A DNA stretch of 64,000 bases, taken from assembly GCA_904063045.1 (NCBI GenBank), contig CAJFCJ010000041.1, forward strand, positions 80,218 through 144,217. Direction: 5' to 3'. Positions within the stretch are counted from its first letter, which is position 1; each line of letters begins with the position of its first letter. Of the stretch, positions 1 through 13,989 are shown piece after piece. The stretch comes from Dimorphilus gyrociliatus (Eukaryota > Animalia > Annelida). The notes below the pieces were generated by a model. The model saw nothing but the letters and a program-made list of their open reading frames with translations. It made no database searches and was not told where the DNA came from. Both the position numbers and the translations under genes were made by a program.

Positions 1-551
1 ACTTATACCACAACTTAAGGGAAAATTTGTCAAAATCTTTATCAATCTTCAAAGTCTCTAAAAGAACTCTATCTTTTAGACTGCAATTTACATGAAAATG
101 TTTGGTTAAAGTTGACAGATCTTCTGAAATCTTGTTCCCAAATTGAAATAATTTATATACAAGAGAATACAAATATGGGAAGTGGATTATCTGATATTGG
201 TGATGGACTTTTGTATTCATCAAATAGTTTAAGAAAAATAAGCCTTTATAAGTGTTATTTGATTCAAAATCAAAGCAATACTTAGCTAATTAACTTAAAA
301 ATTGCTCTAAAATAGAATTGATCAATCTAGCATATAATGAATTTATGGAATATGGATTATCTGATATTTGTCAAGGACTTTTAAATTCATCAAATACTTT
401 AACAAATGTCAACTTTACAGAATGTTTGTTTAATGAAAAAAATCTAAATGCTATAATAGAGTTAATAAGAATATGTTCCTCATTAAGAACAATCATTCCA
501 GAGAATTTACAAAATATTCTGATCAAAGCAAATGTTTGCAGTATAGTTTGA
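1..551 (+). pseudogene. 3' part of RNI-like leucine-rich-repeat gene, disrupted
   Basis: Manual translation ICQNLYQSSKSLKELYLLDCNL...GLSDIGDGLLYSSNSLRKISL, then a stop/frameshift near 280-295, resuming as KNCSKIELINLAYNEF..GLSDICQGLLNSSNTL (ORF 318-551); RNI-type LRR periodicity. Confidence 0.6.
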
Positions 552-918
552 ATGAATATATATTTTAATCTCTGATTTTCATTTATAATATAATAAAGAC
601 TAGTTATGAGACTTAAAATATTCTTTTCTAATATTTTTTGATCTACAAAGATCTTTACTTTCTTCTCAATGGAACTCTGGTTGGAGCTCCTGAAGGATGA
701 TTCTGTAATCACTTTGGTGATGGAATCTAAACTTGCCCCCTAGCAAAAAGTCACATCCATCAAATCCTCCATACTGCCGTGAATCAAATTTGCCCTCAGC
801 ACACATAGATTTGGACTCAGCAGTTGTAGAGGGTCTACATACAGCTATGTCTGCTACCAAAAACGCATTGCATCTCATATTTGAGGCCCCAACCAGGAAG
901 GTGTCATAACAACTCAAA

Positions 919-1320
919 TTGAAGTGCAAAAAAAGTAATGTAAGTGGCAAATGGTTAGCTGAAAATGCAATACTTCCATTTGCTAATATGGGAAATATTG
1001 TAAAAGTAAACAATTGCAAGGAAATGATCAATCACTGTAGAAGAAAAAATCAATTTAATGAATCAATTGGACGAAATTTTCTCATAAATAATGCATACAT
1101 ACCAGATCACTCTTTAAGAAAAGATATTTTTGAAAATGATGAAAGGATCATTATCTTCTCCACATGAAAACAACTTGATCTGCTTTCATCACCTTTAAAA
1201 TTGTAAAATTTCCTTTTAAAAAATTATTTTCTTTGCATTCATTTTTGAAAAAATGAAGTAAAACAGATGCCCTTAATGTTTGCATTTATGACATCAAAGA
1301 AGAAGAGAGCTTATAATATA
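919..1320 (+). pseudogene. Degenerate MULE transposase fragment
   Basis: YIPDHSLRKDIFENDERIIIFST*KQLDLLS and KQMPLMFAFMTSKKKRAY match the intact MULEs at 31-33 kb and 41-43 kb; stops and deletions present. Confidence 0.7.
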
Positions 1321-1344
1321 TTATTTAATATATCAAGTATAAAG

Positions 1345-2574
1345 GGAAGGAGAAAACTAAGAAGTATTTGTAATAATGATGTCAGGTCATCAGGCAGAAA
1401 AATTGCTGAAGATATTTTATTAAAATGTTCAGCTGAGGAGATTAGTTTGCCAATTATGGAAAATTTGAGAAGATTAGCTAATGTCACCAGACAGAAGAAA
1501 AGACCTATAACATAAAATAATCCATTTTTTGAGATAAATATTGATTTTCTTCCTGATGATTTCCTGCAAGGAGATGTTTCATTTGGAAATCAGAGAATAA
1601 TCATATTTGCTTCCAAGCAACAGTGTGACCTTTTATCCAAAAGCAAAGTTTGGTATCTGGATGGTACATTTAAGGTTGTCAGAGAACCATTTGTTCAACT
1701 TTTCTCCATCCATTCTTTTATCAAAAAAGATGAAGAAACAAAGCAGATTCCTTTGGCATTTATTTTCATGACATCAAAGAAGAAGAAAGCATATAAACAA
1801 GTATTAAGGGTAAGTTAATAAACATTTCATCTAACCTCTAAATTTTATCATATTCTCTAGGAAATTCAAACCATTACAAATTATTCCAAACCAAAAAAGT
1901 TCTTTGCTGATTATGAGTTAGGATTATGCACTGCTTTATCATCTGTTTATCCTAATGTACCAATTCAAGGATGTGTTTTCCATTGGACACAAGCAGTTTT
2001 CAGAAAAATCCAAGTAATATATTATATTACATAGTTTTATTATATAATTATTTCATGTTTTTAGAATTTGGGATATGCAACTGAATATAAAACTAGGCTG
2101 ACCTCTAAAAATATGATGAGAAATTTATTGGCTCTTCCTTTTCTTCCTTCTGAAGTAATACCCCATTTTTTTTCATCTTTAAAAGAAGAAGCTTTTGAGA
2201 AAAATGTATATAAAGATTTGTATGAATATATAGAAAATACCTGGATTAGAAATTCTATTTGGACACCAGAATGCTGGTTTGTTTTTGGAATGAGTATTAG
2301 CACAAATAATGATGTTGAAGCATGGCACAGGAGACTTAATGAAAAAACTTTGCCTAAATCTTGCTTCTACTTATTAGTTGATTGCTTGAAACATGAAGCT
2401 TCTTTGATTCCAGTTTTTCAAAAACTTCTAACTGAAAAGAAATTAAGAAAATATCAAAGGCAAATGACAATAACAAAACAAAAGAAAATTTTTGACATAT
2501 GGGATGAATATAAATTTGGTCAAATAACAGCATTTGATGTATTGGAAAAAATAGCAAACATTTATTCTGATTAA
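1345..2574 (+). mobile_element. 5'-truncated MULE (Mutator) transposase with two 51-bp introns
   Basis: WYLDGTF, ADYE..GCVFHWTQA and TNNDVEAWH motifs; GT-AG introns 1810-1860 and 2014-2064 restore the frame; one in-frame stop near 1513. Confidence 0.8.
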
Positions 2575-2954
2575 CATCTTTAAATTGTGATTTTCATATA
2601 TTTAGCATTTTTATGTTGTGTTTAGTTTATTAACTCTGATAAATTTCTTATTTTTCATTAACTATATTATATACATTTTTCCCATTATTTCTTTTAAAAG
2701 AAGAATATTCAAGTTCCAGCAAAAAGGTTAAAGCTTATAATAAAATGGTGTTCATTGATGGACAAACATTCACAAATCAGATATTTAGAGGTTAGATTTT
2801 AGGTTAAAAAATTATCAGGTAAATTATCAATTAGCTGCCTTTCATAAAATGTATCACAGGTAAACCTAGATTTAATTCTATGTTCCTTCCCATGTACCCA
2901 TCTTAGGGTTAGGGTAAAAGTTAAAGATATGTAGAATGTTTTCCATCATTGAAT

Positions 2955-3377
2955 TGCACAACTTTGGTTATATTTAACATGTTTGAACTCTATTATTTGA
3001 TGCAACTTATACATGTACATCTTAAAACCTACTCAAGAAAATGCTATAACATTGGCCAAACATAAGTTTGATTAGTCAGCTTGAAGGCTCATCTTTAATT
3101 ACCAATAAAGGTTTGGCCAAGGACCTGGGAAAATCATCTGGAAACAACCTCCACTGGAACCATCCATCTACTCCTCAACATTGGAAGACAGTTTGGTAAT
3201 TTGGCAACCTGCTATTATGAACTATCTACTCTGCTATTGAACTCTCATATTGTTACTTGCTTAAGTATTATTATTGCGAATAAACCATTTTAATTTAAAC
3301 ATTTGTTTAAAGGTTTGAGTAGAACCAGTATTGTTATAACTTGCAAATGCATAGATTTTGCCAGCAAGAGCAGTACA
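2955..3377 (+). mobile_element. Solo LTR family B (internally deleted)
   Basis: TG...GTACA termini, 4-bp TSD GAAT (2951-2954 / 3378-3381), near-identical to 34931-35530. Confidence 0.8.
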
Positions 3378-3809
3378 GAATGACTAACAGAAACAATCTG
3401 CAGTTGATTTTTCTCCATATTTTGGTTCCAAATATAAAAAATAGATTTTTTTTTTAATTATTAAAACATGTTTAAAGGATTGTATGGAAATCATCAGAAA
3501 TCTACACTGCTGTTTGACAAAATATAAAGAAAAAGAAACCAATATCCTGGCAGCTGGTCTTTTATTAAGATCTTTGTTACAACATCACATAATCAACAAG
3601 AAAAATATATTTAATAACCAAATGAGATACAAAAAAAACAAACTGTAATTAATTAATTGATTGATAAATCTGGGTTTTGTTTTGTTTTTAAAGTTAAATT
3701 AAATTTTTAAAAATACAATAAAGTTTATTGAAAATTTCCATTTTAATAATGAAAATTTGCAATTTTTTTTTTAATCTTCCTTATTCATTTTTTTCTTTCA
3801 AACTTCCAA

Positions 3810-6800
3810 ATGGCTTTGAATTGTTTGCTGTTAAAATTATTTATATTTCATTTATTTACTCAATGCCTTTTCTTTCACTATTACTATTATGATTCAATGG
3901 TAGTTGTTGTTAAAATTTTTGACCACTTCTTTAATATAAATTTTTTTCTGTTTTTCTCTTCACCAGGCACTTTTGAAAGACTTGGCTGGAAATTTTCAAT
4001 TAGAAAATGGCTCTTGTACCATAAATTATTGCTATGGAAGTTTATTCCATTATTACAAATCAAGAAAAAGTCTAGTTATTCACAATATAAGTAGTGAATC
4101 AAGAGTTTTGCTAAATGAAATTTGTGATAGAATGGGATATGATAAAGTAAAAGCTGAGCCTTTCTACAAGGAAATATCACCTAAAAGTCTATTTAAATTT
4201 ATTATGTTTTTTATAATAGAAAATGTTCATCATTTTAACAGAATTCAACAAGTTGTTTATATATTATAACGAGATAACTGAAGAGTTTCATTATATGATT
4301 GATTTTGACCAATCAGATATCAGTTTTATTGACATTTCTCTTAAATGCTATTTTAGAAATCAGTCTTGTAGAAAGAATATTTATTTCTCTCATTCATTTC
4401 TCTTCCCTTCACACATTTTATCTTTCAGACTACTTTTCTATACATCACTACACTTTTACAAATTCAGAAAATCAATTCATCATATACTTTAAACAATTTA
4501 ACAACAATTCAAAAATTGTATGCTTAATTGATGAACTGAATGATGTTTGCAAAAGGAAATCTTACAAGATAACACTGAACCATTTTGAAAGTCTTTTTGA
4601 TTTGAATGACAATATTAAATTGAAAAATATTCCATACTGCTCTTTAAATTTTTGTACAAATGCCAATAAACAAAGCAACATATCAATAAAATGGATGAAA
4701 GAGATGAATAACAATTGGTTGAAAGATGAGCCAAACAATTTAGATAAATTGATGCCAGTGTATCACAGTTACAATAGTTATGATACAATTCCATTATTAT
4801 TTGAATTTAGAAACAATAGCCAATTGTTAAATACTCTATCAACTTTGTGTAATGAGTACAATCAGAAATTCTATCATACATTTTCTGGACAGAAAACTTA
4901 TGAAATATTTCATTATTGGCATTTATCTTATAGTGAAAATTTTGTAGACGTCATCACTTGTTCCCAATCCAAGGAAACAATTAAACATTGTCGGATTATC
5001 AATCAACACTATAGATACTACGATCATTACACAATTAAATTGAAATGTTTTAATGAAATTCTAAAACCTTTGAGGTTGATTGCAGGTGATACACAAGACA
5101 AGTAAAAAAAAAACACTCTACTCTTTTTTAAAAACAATCTACAGCTTCTTCTTTTAGAATATCAAATTTAAATTCTCATTTATATTCTCATAATTTATCA
5201 AAACACCAATCTTTTAGTGGAGAATTACAAGTTAATTATCAGGGCTATTGGTATAGAATTGCTCATATTCAATTAAATCACAAAGCAGTAAATCTGATTT
5301 GTGAATATTTCCATTTTACAAGTGGTACTGTTGATTTTCAAGATGGGATTGATAAGGAAAATTTTCCAATTCTTTCATTAAAGTGTTCAAATTCGGCAGA
5401 ATCTTTTGACAGCTGTTCAATTGAGAATTTTATGAATCCAATACTCAGTGACCTATTACCATTGAGTATTTCTTGTCACCAAACACATACTCAATGTGAC
5501 AACATCTCAAATGGAACTGTAGCAACTTATAAATATTTAAACAGCTGCTACTATTTATATAAAACACCAAAAGTTGTCAATTTTTTAGAAGCTAATAGAT
5601 TATGTCTGTCAAAAGGAAAGAGATTGTTAGGAGTAACTGGATATGACGAAGCTAGATTTGTTGAAGTTGCTCTCCTCTCCTCCTATATAAATTCCAATGG
5701 AAACCTAATGAAAGAAATGGGAAAGTTGAAGAAAAGTTGGCAAATTCCTACAGGTTGAATAGAATTTTTTGATGTATAGGAGAAAAAAAAGGGCTTTTCA
5801 ACAATATATTAAAAAAATCTTCTATAGGATCAGTAAAAATTTCAAATGGGGAAAAGAAAATTTTGACTAGTGATAATATTTCATATTCACTAATAGGATT
5901 GTGGGCTATTGATGCATCAATAGACAAAAGGTCAATTCAATAGAAAAAAGTTTACAATATATATATATATATATATACATGACGTCATCTTATCTTACCT
6001 TCATTTCTTTGCATAGATGTAGAATCGATATTAATGAACCACAATTGCTTTGGAATAAGAATCCTTGTACAAAAATGCAAAATTACAAAGAATTCAACAT
6101 TCAAGGCCTATATTCAATATCTTGCTCATTGAAACTTTTCAAATCAATTTTCTGCGAAGAGGAAAAGCGTAAGAAAAGCAAAAATGAAAATTTGTTACAA
6201 TTCAATAAATTTAACATTTTAATGTTTGAAATGTTTAATAAAGAATTTTTAAAATTGAATATTTCACCATACCAAGGAATTGTTACTTTGGAAATGATTG
6301 CAAATTTAAAAATGAATGCTTTATTTATGCAAAGAATTGAAAATTATAAAAGAAAAATTGAAAGTAATAAATTAAAAGTATTTCAATGTAATTTGTCAAA
6401 AGATTATATCAGTCTTGTTTATAAATGCGATGGGAATTTTGATTGTCCTGATGGTTCTGATGAGGAAAATTGCCAAAATGGTCAACATTTATCAATCTTT
6501 CAATGTGACAATGCATCCAAGACATTGAGCATTGTACACATTTGTGATCAAACTTACAATTGTTTAGACAGATCAGATGAAAAGTATTGCGGTATGTAAC
6601 ATAAATTTTTCCTTTATAACAAAAAGTTTTTACGAAAAAAAAAATAGAGCATGAAAAGTGTTTAGATCCGTATTGGTAAAAATTCAAAATTCAAAATAAA
6701 AGTTATATTTTTAAAAATATAATTGTTTTTTCTTTTTCAAGGATGTGCCAGAATAAAAGATGCATTTTGAAATATTATTTGTGCAATTCAATTGATGATT

Positions 6801-9800
6801 GTTTAGATGGTTCCGATGAGGAAAATTGCATTTCTCCTGGTATAATAGGGCTATGTGTAAAATTTATTGTTATTTATGTTAAATCAATAGGGTATATAAT
6901 CCTGACATATTGAGCTTAGGGCTACAGTTGGCCAAATTATTCTTCTATAGTTTAAAAACTTACAAATCTCTTTTCTAAGTATCTAAGCGAATGTACTGGT
7001 GTTTGTCGTAAATTTTTCAAATCTTATATAGGGCTAATGCTCTTCAAAAATTCCAATCGTCTTTTTTATGTGTTTTGCCTACTTTTGCATAAATTGACAT
7101 CATTTTAGCTTCTGTTTTTTTTTCAGGAATTTACGGATTCGGATGTTCTGACGGCTCTATTATACATAGTTCCAAAATGTGTGATTTTCAATTCGATTGT
7201 CCACAAGAAACAGATGAGAAAATTACCAAAAATAATTGTTTGTTTTGACATGAAATATTAAAAAGAGAATTTTTTTTTTATAAAAACATATAGGTTTTGA
7301 AAAAATTGAACATTCAAAATGTCATCTTTATTATAAAAATAAAAATTCAAAATCGAGTCATTTTTGGTCGAATTCTTATGGTTTTTATAATTTTCCATAA
7401 GGAATAAAATGTTTTTTGTTCTTTTTCTCTTTATAAATAGAATACTACGAAAATTTTATTTTAAAGTATCCTTTCCATGGTAAAATATTTAAAATACAGT
7501 TATATTACTACTTAAAACTTGTTAGTTTAAAAAAAATACTATTAACAACTACAGATCTATACAAATGCAATTACTATTTTGATGTGAGCAGTCATAGGCA
7601 GATTTTGAATCATCCACCATGGAATTATTTAAAAAATTGTAGACAATCTGATATGTGTCAGCCTGGAAGTTTTAAATGTAGCACTTATGGATATTGTATT
7701 GAAAATAGTAAAGTATGTGATGGAAATTTTGATTGCTTTTTGAAAGACGATGAATTAGGATGTGGTTAATTTCATTTGTTTTTTTTTTTTTTTACTATTT
7801 ACTCAAAATCAATCAATCAATCATATTAATTTTAAAAAGAAAACTTCAAAAGACAGGGATACTATCATTGTAGAAATAGTTCAATTTATATCATCTTGTC
7901 AGACATTTGCCAGGCTAGAATAAGAAAGAGTTGTGAAAGTTATGGAAATTCAATTTGTGACGGCCGGAAATGTCCTTTAGGAGATGATGGAGATAGTAGA
8001 ATTTGCCTGGCGGATTTGTTTTGTCCAACAAATTGTTTCTGTTCATCGCCATTTGATATTAGCTGCACAACAAAGATAATTATAACAAAACTCCATAATC
8101 TATTTATAAAAGGTTTAGAATTGAAATCGATGAAACAACGCTTCGATGAAATTTTAAATTATTTTTTTAAAATTCAAACTCTATCATCACTAATTAAATT
8201 AATAATAAAAAATTCAAATTTATCATCACTATACGAATTGGATAAATTTGAAAATATTAAAATTCTACATTTTGAAAATTGTAGAAATTTATCAAAATTG
8301 AAAAATATCTTTTTTAAACAACATTCAAAATTATATTATTTAAATTTAAGTTTTAATAGAATTTTTGAAATTGAAAAACACTTTTTTTCCAAATTTCAAT
8401 ATTTAACAATTCTTGATTTATCTTTTAATGAAATTACAATATTTCCATCAGTTTTATTTAGAAATCTGGTTAGATTAAGACAACTTTTTATTGAAAATAT
8501 AAATATAATAAATCTTCATAAATCATCATTTCAAAATCTTATTAAAATCACAAAATTATCATTGAAAAATACAAATATTTTAAATATTGTTGATATTAAA
8601 TCGGATATATTTAAAAAAAATATCAATTTGAAAATTTTAAATAGTAAATATATTATTTTATGCTGTTTTGGTGAAAAAATGAGGAAAGGACTGTTTTTTG
8701 ATTGTAAACCAGAGAAAACTATTTTCTTTTCCTGTGGTCAATTAATTAATTCTACTACTTTAAAAAGTTTGCCAAACATAAACATCTTTTTACTATTTTT
8801 TTCTTCTTTTTTTTTCCATTTTAAAAGAGCTCGTTTATATTATGATTTTTCTTGGTTTTTTTGGTAACATTCTGTCATTATACTTTAAGATTAGTTGTCT
8901 GAAAAGACCAACAAATTTACTTCAAATAAATTTAACATTGGCAGATTTACTTTTCATTATATATCTCTTAATAATTGCTATTTATGATTGGAATTTTAGT
9001 GACGACTACCTGAATCATGATTGGGAATGGAGACATAGTAAAATGTGCCAATTTCTTGGAGTTCTTAGCAGTTCAACCTGTCTCCTTTCATCAGTTAGTC
9101 TAGTATTTTGGACATTGGAAAAGGCGGCTGCTGTTAAGAATAATACTAAAATTCTTTTTCTGAGTTATAAATCAATATCACTTATACTAACCCTAACAAT
9201 GTTGTCAGTTGTATCAATAGCTATATTTCCGTCATTTTTCTTTCAGGTTGTTTCAATAGTATACACATTTTATCAATTAGAAAATACATAATCTTTTAAA
9301 TTCATAGAACTATTCAACAAGATATCCACTATGCTTTTCACTTCACCTAACAAATCAAAGAAAGGATGGATGGATTTATTCTCTTATAATGTTTTCCTTA
9401 TTGCCAATATTTCTAATAGGTTTTGTTATATATCTTTATATTGATATATTCAAGGAGGTTGTAAAGAGCAGCAAAATCATTTCAAAACACCAAATGAATT
9501 CAAGATTGATGAATATATTTCTAGTTGCATTCCTAGTTGTTTTAACAAATGTTTTAACATGGCTGCCTATTCTTTTAATAAGTAAGTAAATAAGTAAGTA
9601 AGGCAGGAAGGAAGGAAAGAAAACAACAGAAAAAAACAAATTATAGATAATAAATAATTATTCAGGCATTTTGGCTGCATTTAAAAAAAGTCCATTAACC
9701 CAAGTCACTTATTTATGGATATTTATATGTGTTCTACCAATCAATTCAGCTGTAAATCCTTTAATATACAACCTCTTTGCAATAAGAGATTCAATTCAAC

Positions 9801-9823
9801 AGAGGAAAAAAACAATTAAGTAA
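3810..9823 (+). CDS. Multi-exon GRL101/LGR-type GPCR: signal peptide, SRCR-like, C-type lectin, about 6-7 LDLa repeats, LRRs, 7TM
   Basis: LDLa repeats (CDGNFDCPDGSDEENC etc.), LRRs 8200-8650, hinge CC..C.P..FFSCGQLI, TM motifs NLTLADLL, WRHSKMCQFLG, LPINSAVNPLIY; most exon junctions checked are in phase with GT-AG; stop at 9821-9823. Confidence 0.8.
5957..5977. repeat. (AT)n microsatellite in intron
   Basis: direct reading. Confidence 0.85.
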
Positions 9824-10008
9824 AAAAAAACAACCAAATTAAAATATTTCTTTCTATTTTTCTTTTAAAATCAATAAACAATTTTAAATTGTTTTTTTTT
9901 TAAAAAAAAAGGGAAATTTACTGTAACAACTTAAATGCCAGAAGTATTGAAAATGGTAGATTTAAAATTTTTTTAAATATAATTACTGAAATAAAATGCA
10001 TATTTCAC

Positions 10009-10451
10009 TTGTTTTCTTCCAATAAAATAGTCAAAGAATTTTTCATTAATTCATATAAATATGGAGTAATATTTGATGATAAATCGGTTAGCGAGTATCA
10101 GCTGGTGGATTTTAATGGCAAGAGAAACACTTTGGCCAAATTGTATAAATTTTCTTTAAGAATTATTACTATACTAGAACAAATGAATTGTATTAAAATG
10201 ACTGTAAAACATTTTGACAAGGAATTATTTATTTGCAAAGTAAAAATATTTATTGAATTTTGTTATTCATCCATCTATCTCTTTTTTTCTTTAACCCTTC
10301 TTCTCTATTTCAGAAAGGAAATAATGGTGAAAATCTTTATTGTCTTTTAATGAAAAAATCCAATATTTTATTATCATTGTGCAATGTTCATAGTCGAAAC
10401 AATGTCTCCTTTGTAATATGCTATTTGGACCAATATTTAAAATATTATTAA
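10009..10451 (+). CDS. Possible small spliced gene of unknown function
   Basis: ORF 10009-10350 joins in frame via GT(~10240)-AG(~10314) to KGNNGENLYC...YLDQYLKYY*; no family recognised. Confidence 0.3.
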
Positions 10452-11099
10452 ATACAATTAAAAATATATTCCTCTCTTTGGTGTACAACTTTCATTATAT
10501 TATTAATATGCTTAAAACAATTATAGGATGATATGAATAGCGCTTAGAAAACACGCAGAGGTAGTGTCTGTAGTAGTTGACTTGTGACAGTTTTACCCTC
10601 CTCTATTTGTTCAGTACCAAGGACTTGTCAATGTCTACAAAGAGGTTGAACATTTCCTATTCCAGGGAATTCTCTTCTTTGCCTTTAAATATTTTATAAA
10701 ATAACAAAATTCTAGTTATCTAATGATACTCTGTACAAAAATCTGTATATACTCCGTATAATATTGATTTGGGATGATGTCTTTTGTGGATTGGAAGATT
10801 CAGATGTAGAAAATTACTAAAACATTTGATTTGAATTTTAACTCACATAATTTTTTATTTGAGCAGGAAAGAACTGTTTTAAGAAATGAGTATTGAAATA
10901 GCCTTACAATTTGGGTATAGACAAATAGAAAATTACAAATAGGGATGAAACTGTACCCCTAACTTTGAAAGATAAAAATTTGAAAAAAGTGAAAAATAAA
11001 TTTTAAAAAAAGAATATTTTGGAGCATCAATATATGATGTTTGAACTATTAATTTATCAGCCAAAAGCCCTCCAAGTCTATAATTTTCACAAATTTCAA

Positions 11100-11803
11100 A
11101 TATTTTTCTTTCTATCTCAATATACTGCTTTTTTTTTAACTAAATCAGCTTCTCTCTTCAGCTCATCAATCAATCAATAAAATGATCCTTTAGATTGTAC
11201 TTTATTATTCATTCGATTGTGCCATTCCTCCATACTGTTATTTGTCCTTATGGATAATCCATATATAGACCAATTCTCTGGTTTCCATATGAAGTTCATA
11301 ATCCAAGTTGCTTCAAAATATTCAAACAAATCTGCAAATTTCTCTTTTTCTGTAAGTTGAGATTTCAATCTGTAAAATGGTAGTACAATGAAGAATGAAT
11401 TTCTCAAAAAATATTACCTTAAATGCTGTTTATAACTTTATTTTTTTTGATGTTATAAAAATAAATGCCAATGGAATACGTTTCATTTGGCTATCTTTTT
11501 TGACATAGCTGTGTATAGATAAGAACTGATAAAAAGGATCCTTTACACTTTTAAATGTCCCATCAATGAACCAGTGTTTTGACTGACCAAGACTAACCCT
11601 TTATTGTAAAACTTGAAAAAGGTTTGTCTTTGTTTTAAAGTTGTTTACAAATAATGAATACACAATTTCTTTGGTAAACCCAAAGTTGCATATTATAAAA
11701 AGTTTTCTATTACCTTGTTTTTCAAAATATATATTTGTGTTTAAAAGAAATTTATTTTAACTTATGTTTTCTTTTGGTTCATGGACATTTTCTGTCAACC
11801 CCT
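11100..11803 (-). mobile_element. MULE relic with one TIR end
   Basis: YFEATWI..WKPENWSIYGLSIRTNNSMEEWH and HWFIDGTF; 11595-11760 matches 43385-43510; TIR-like end CATGGACATTTTCTGTCAACCCC at ~11803. Confidence 0.7.
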
Positions 11804-11804
11804 T

Positions 11805-11935
11805 CCAGAAATGACCTCCTCTGGAACAAGCCTTTTACCCATCAATGTAGGAAGACAGTTTAATAATTTGGCGACCTGCTCTTACAAACTATCTACTCTG
11901 CTATTGAACTTTTATATTGCTACTATATTGCAACT
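11805..11935 (+). mobile_element. Diverged LTR family B fragment
   Basis: GGAAGACAGTTT..TAATTTGGC.ACCTGC..TTACAAACTATCTACTCTGCTATTGAAC shared with 35370-35440. Confidence 0.55.
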
Positions 11936-13379
11936 GGTTTCATCTCTTTTTAATTATGTTCATGAACCATTAAAATGACTTATACATAGTGTGCAAGAAA
12001 GTCCATTTGCTGAGAAAGATTACTGCACACATAATTGCATGGATTATCTTCTTGAATAACAAGGAAATTAACCAATTAGAAAGAAGGCAACTAATATGAA
12101 AATTTTTTACAAGAGTAAATCAAATTTAAAGCTATAGTTTAAAATATCAGAATGGAAGGGGGGATGTTGAAAATACATATTTTGCCATTATTTTAGGGTG
12201 AGATTTTGGGTTGGGTAAAGTATTCCAGCAATTGATTTGTAATTAGGTGGGCCCAAACTAAGGGTTAGAAACAATGAAGTGCTTAAAACATGCAAAATGG
12301 AATATTCTATTAAAAATGATGACATTCTTTGGTATTAATCAAAATTGTTTTCAAAATTAAGTATAAAAAAGAGATGCTTAGACCCTTTTATTGATAAGAA
12401 ATATTTATAGACATTTTACTTCAGTACAATGTCTGTATGATTTCTTCTTGACACCCAATGGCTTCACCAACAACCAAACCTATACTTTCATCAAACAAAC
12501 TGTTTGGCATTCATTTGAAAGTGTAATATAAATGTTTGGGTGAATACTATGTATTTGCAAATACTTGTGGACAAACTGTCCATAAATAGGGCAGTGTCCT
12601 TCAGAAATGGGGTGAACTGACCCCATATTTGGTATGTAGATGAATCAACTTTAATACTACTATGGAAAATAGTTTATCCACTCTAATAAGAATCAATAAC
12701 CAATAAATTGGGTTATCCTATTTTAAATGCTAATATGAAGCAACATTTGTCTGATGATTTTCCTAGTTTATTTGTGTCTCTTGAAATGTGCCAACTACAG
12801 TCCTGATAAAGTCTTGGCCAGGGTTGTTCTCAGAGTGGAAAAAGTGAATTATTTAACTAACAGGACTTGCTTAATTATCTTTTTTTGTTTAGAATGAAGG
12901 ATAAGACATTAGACTGTATATTGAACTTGATTTTTTTTAATTAGTATTTATTCTATATTTTTGTAATAATTTTCTTACAATTAATCCTATTGAATAAATG
13001 TCCTCTTTCTCTTTTTTTTTTCTAACAAAATAAGGATCTTTGATTTAATGAAATATTTCTTGTTCTTTTTCTAAAAAAAAAACACAAGGGTGGAGAAGTT
13101 AATAGAGCTCCTAGAAAAGTATAATGAAGGAGAGGATTTTTTTTTTAAAATTGTTGCAGGAAGTAAAACATGAGTATTCTATCATGAACTGTTGACTATA
13201 GAGTTTCTTTAGAATACTACACAAAATTTTCACTATCAAAAAGAGATTATGGTACATAAGTTTGCAAGTAAACTGTTTTTTTGTGCTAGGTAAGAGATTA
13301 TTCTAGTAGAATTTCTAGATTCAAAATTTTTCCTTATAGGAAAATATGGTTTTATATGAGTTTTTCCCAAATATGTATA

Positions 13380-13730
13380 ATTTGCATAACAAGTTCTTAA
13401 TCTAGGTGAAATTGTGAGTTCAGTAATAATGCAATAAGAACAATATTCAGGATTTTCATCTTCACTTCCATCACAATCAACTTCATAGTTGCAATATTGA
13501 AAGTTAGCAATACATATTTCAATACATGAAAATTGAATTTTTTCTCTACAGTCTGTTATTATTTTTGTTTCTTTGTTTTAAAAAATAAGAAAGGGTAATA
13601 GCACGAGAAGTTTTAAAGGAATTTGAAGTAGATGTTAGCTTGGCAACAATATATTGAAAATTTGCTCTACAAGGTACTAGATGCCCTCCATTTTCTACTG
13701 TAACAGTTTCTGTAGCAGCTCCTGGCTGTA
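13380..13730 (-). pseudogene. LDLa-containing gene fragment
   Basis: Minus-strand CREKIQFSCIEICIANFQYCNYEVDCDGSEDENPEYC (LDLa) plus an upstream open exon; downstream part has stops. Confidence 0.5.
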
Positions 13731-13989
13731 AAATTTAGATCTACAGAAGAAATTGTAAATTTGTACAGTATCTTTGGAAAGTCTATCTAAAACATTCCTG
13801 ACAAATTCTATTTCTAGTGAATTCTTTAAATTATATTTTGCAGAATGTTCCAGTTTTGTTGCTGTTGATTTAAATCTAAAACAAGATAGTATTTAGATTA
13901 CATTTAAAAATATAGATTTGCGTGATGAAATTTGATAGCTTGAAATAGTTTTAAAAAATGGATTTAAATGGTTTTCATAGTTTTTTTTG

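Noticed and set aside
10009-10451. Faint profilin/roadblock-like pattern in the small spliced ORF
   Set aside because: Too weak by eye to claim; needs an HMM or structure search
12480-12840. Coding-like minus-strand segment (GQDFIRTVVGTFQE...)
   Set aside because: Multiple stops in all frames and no recognisable family
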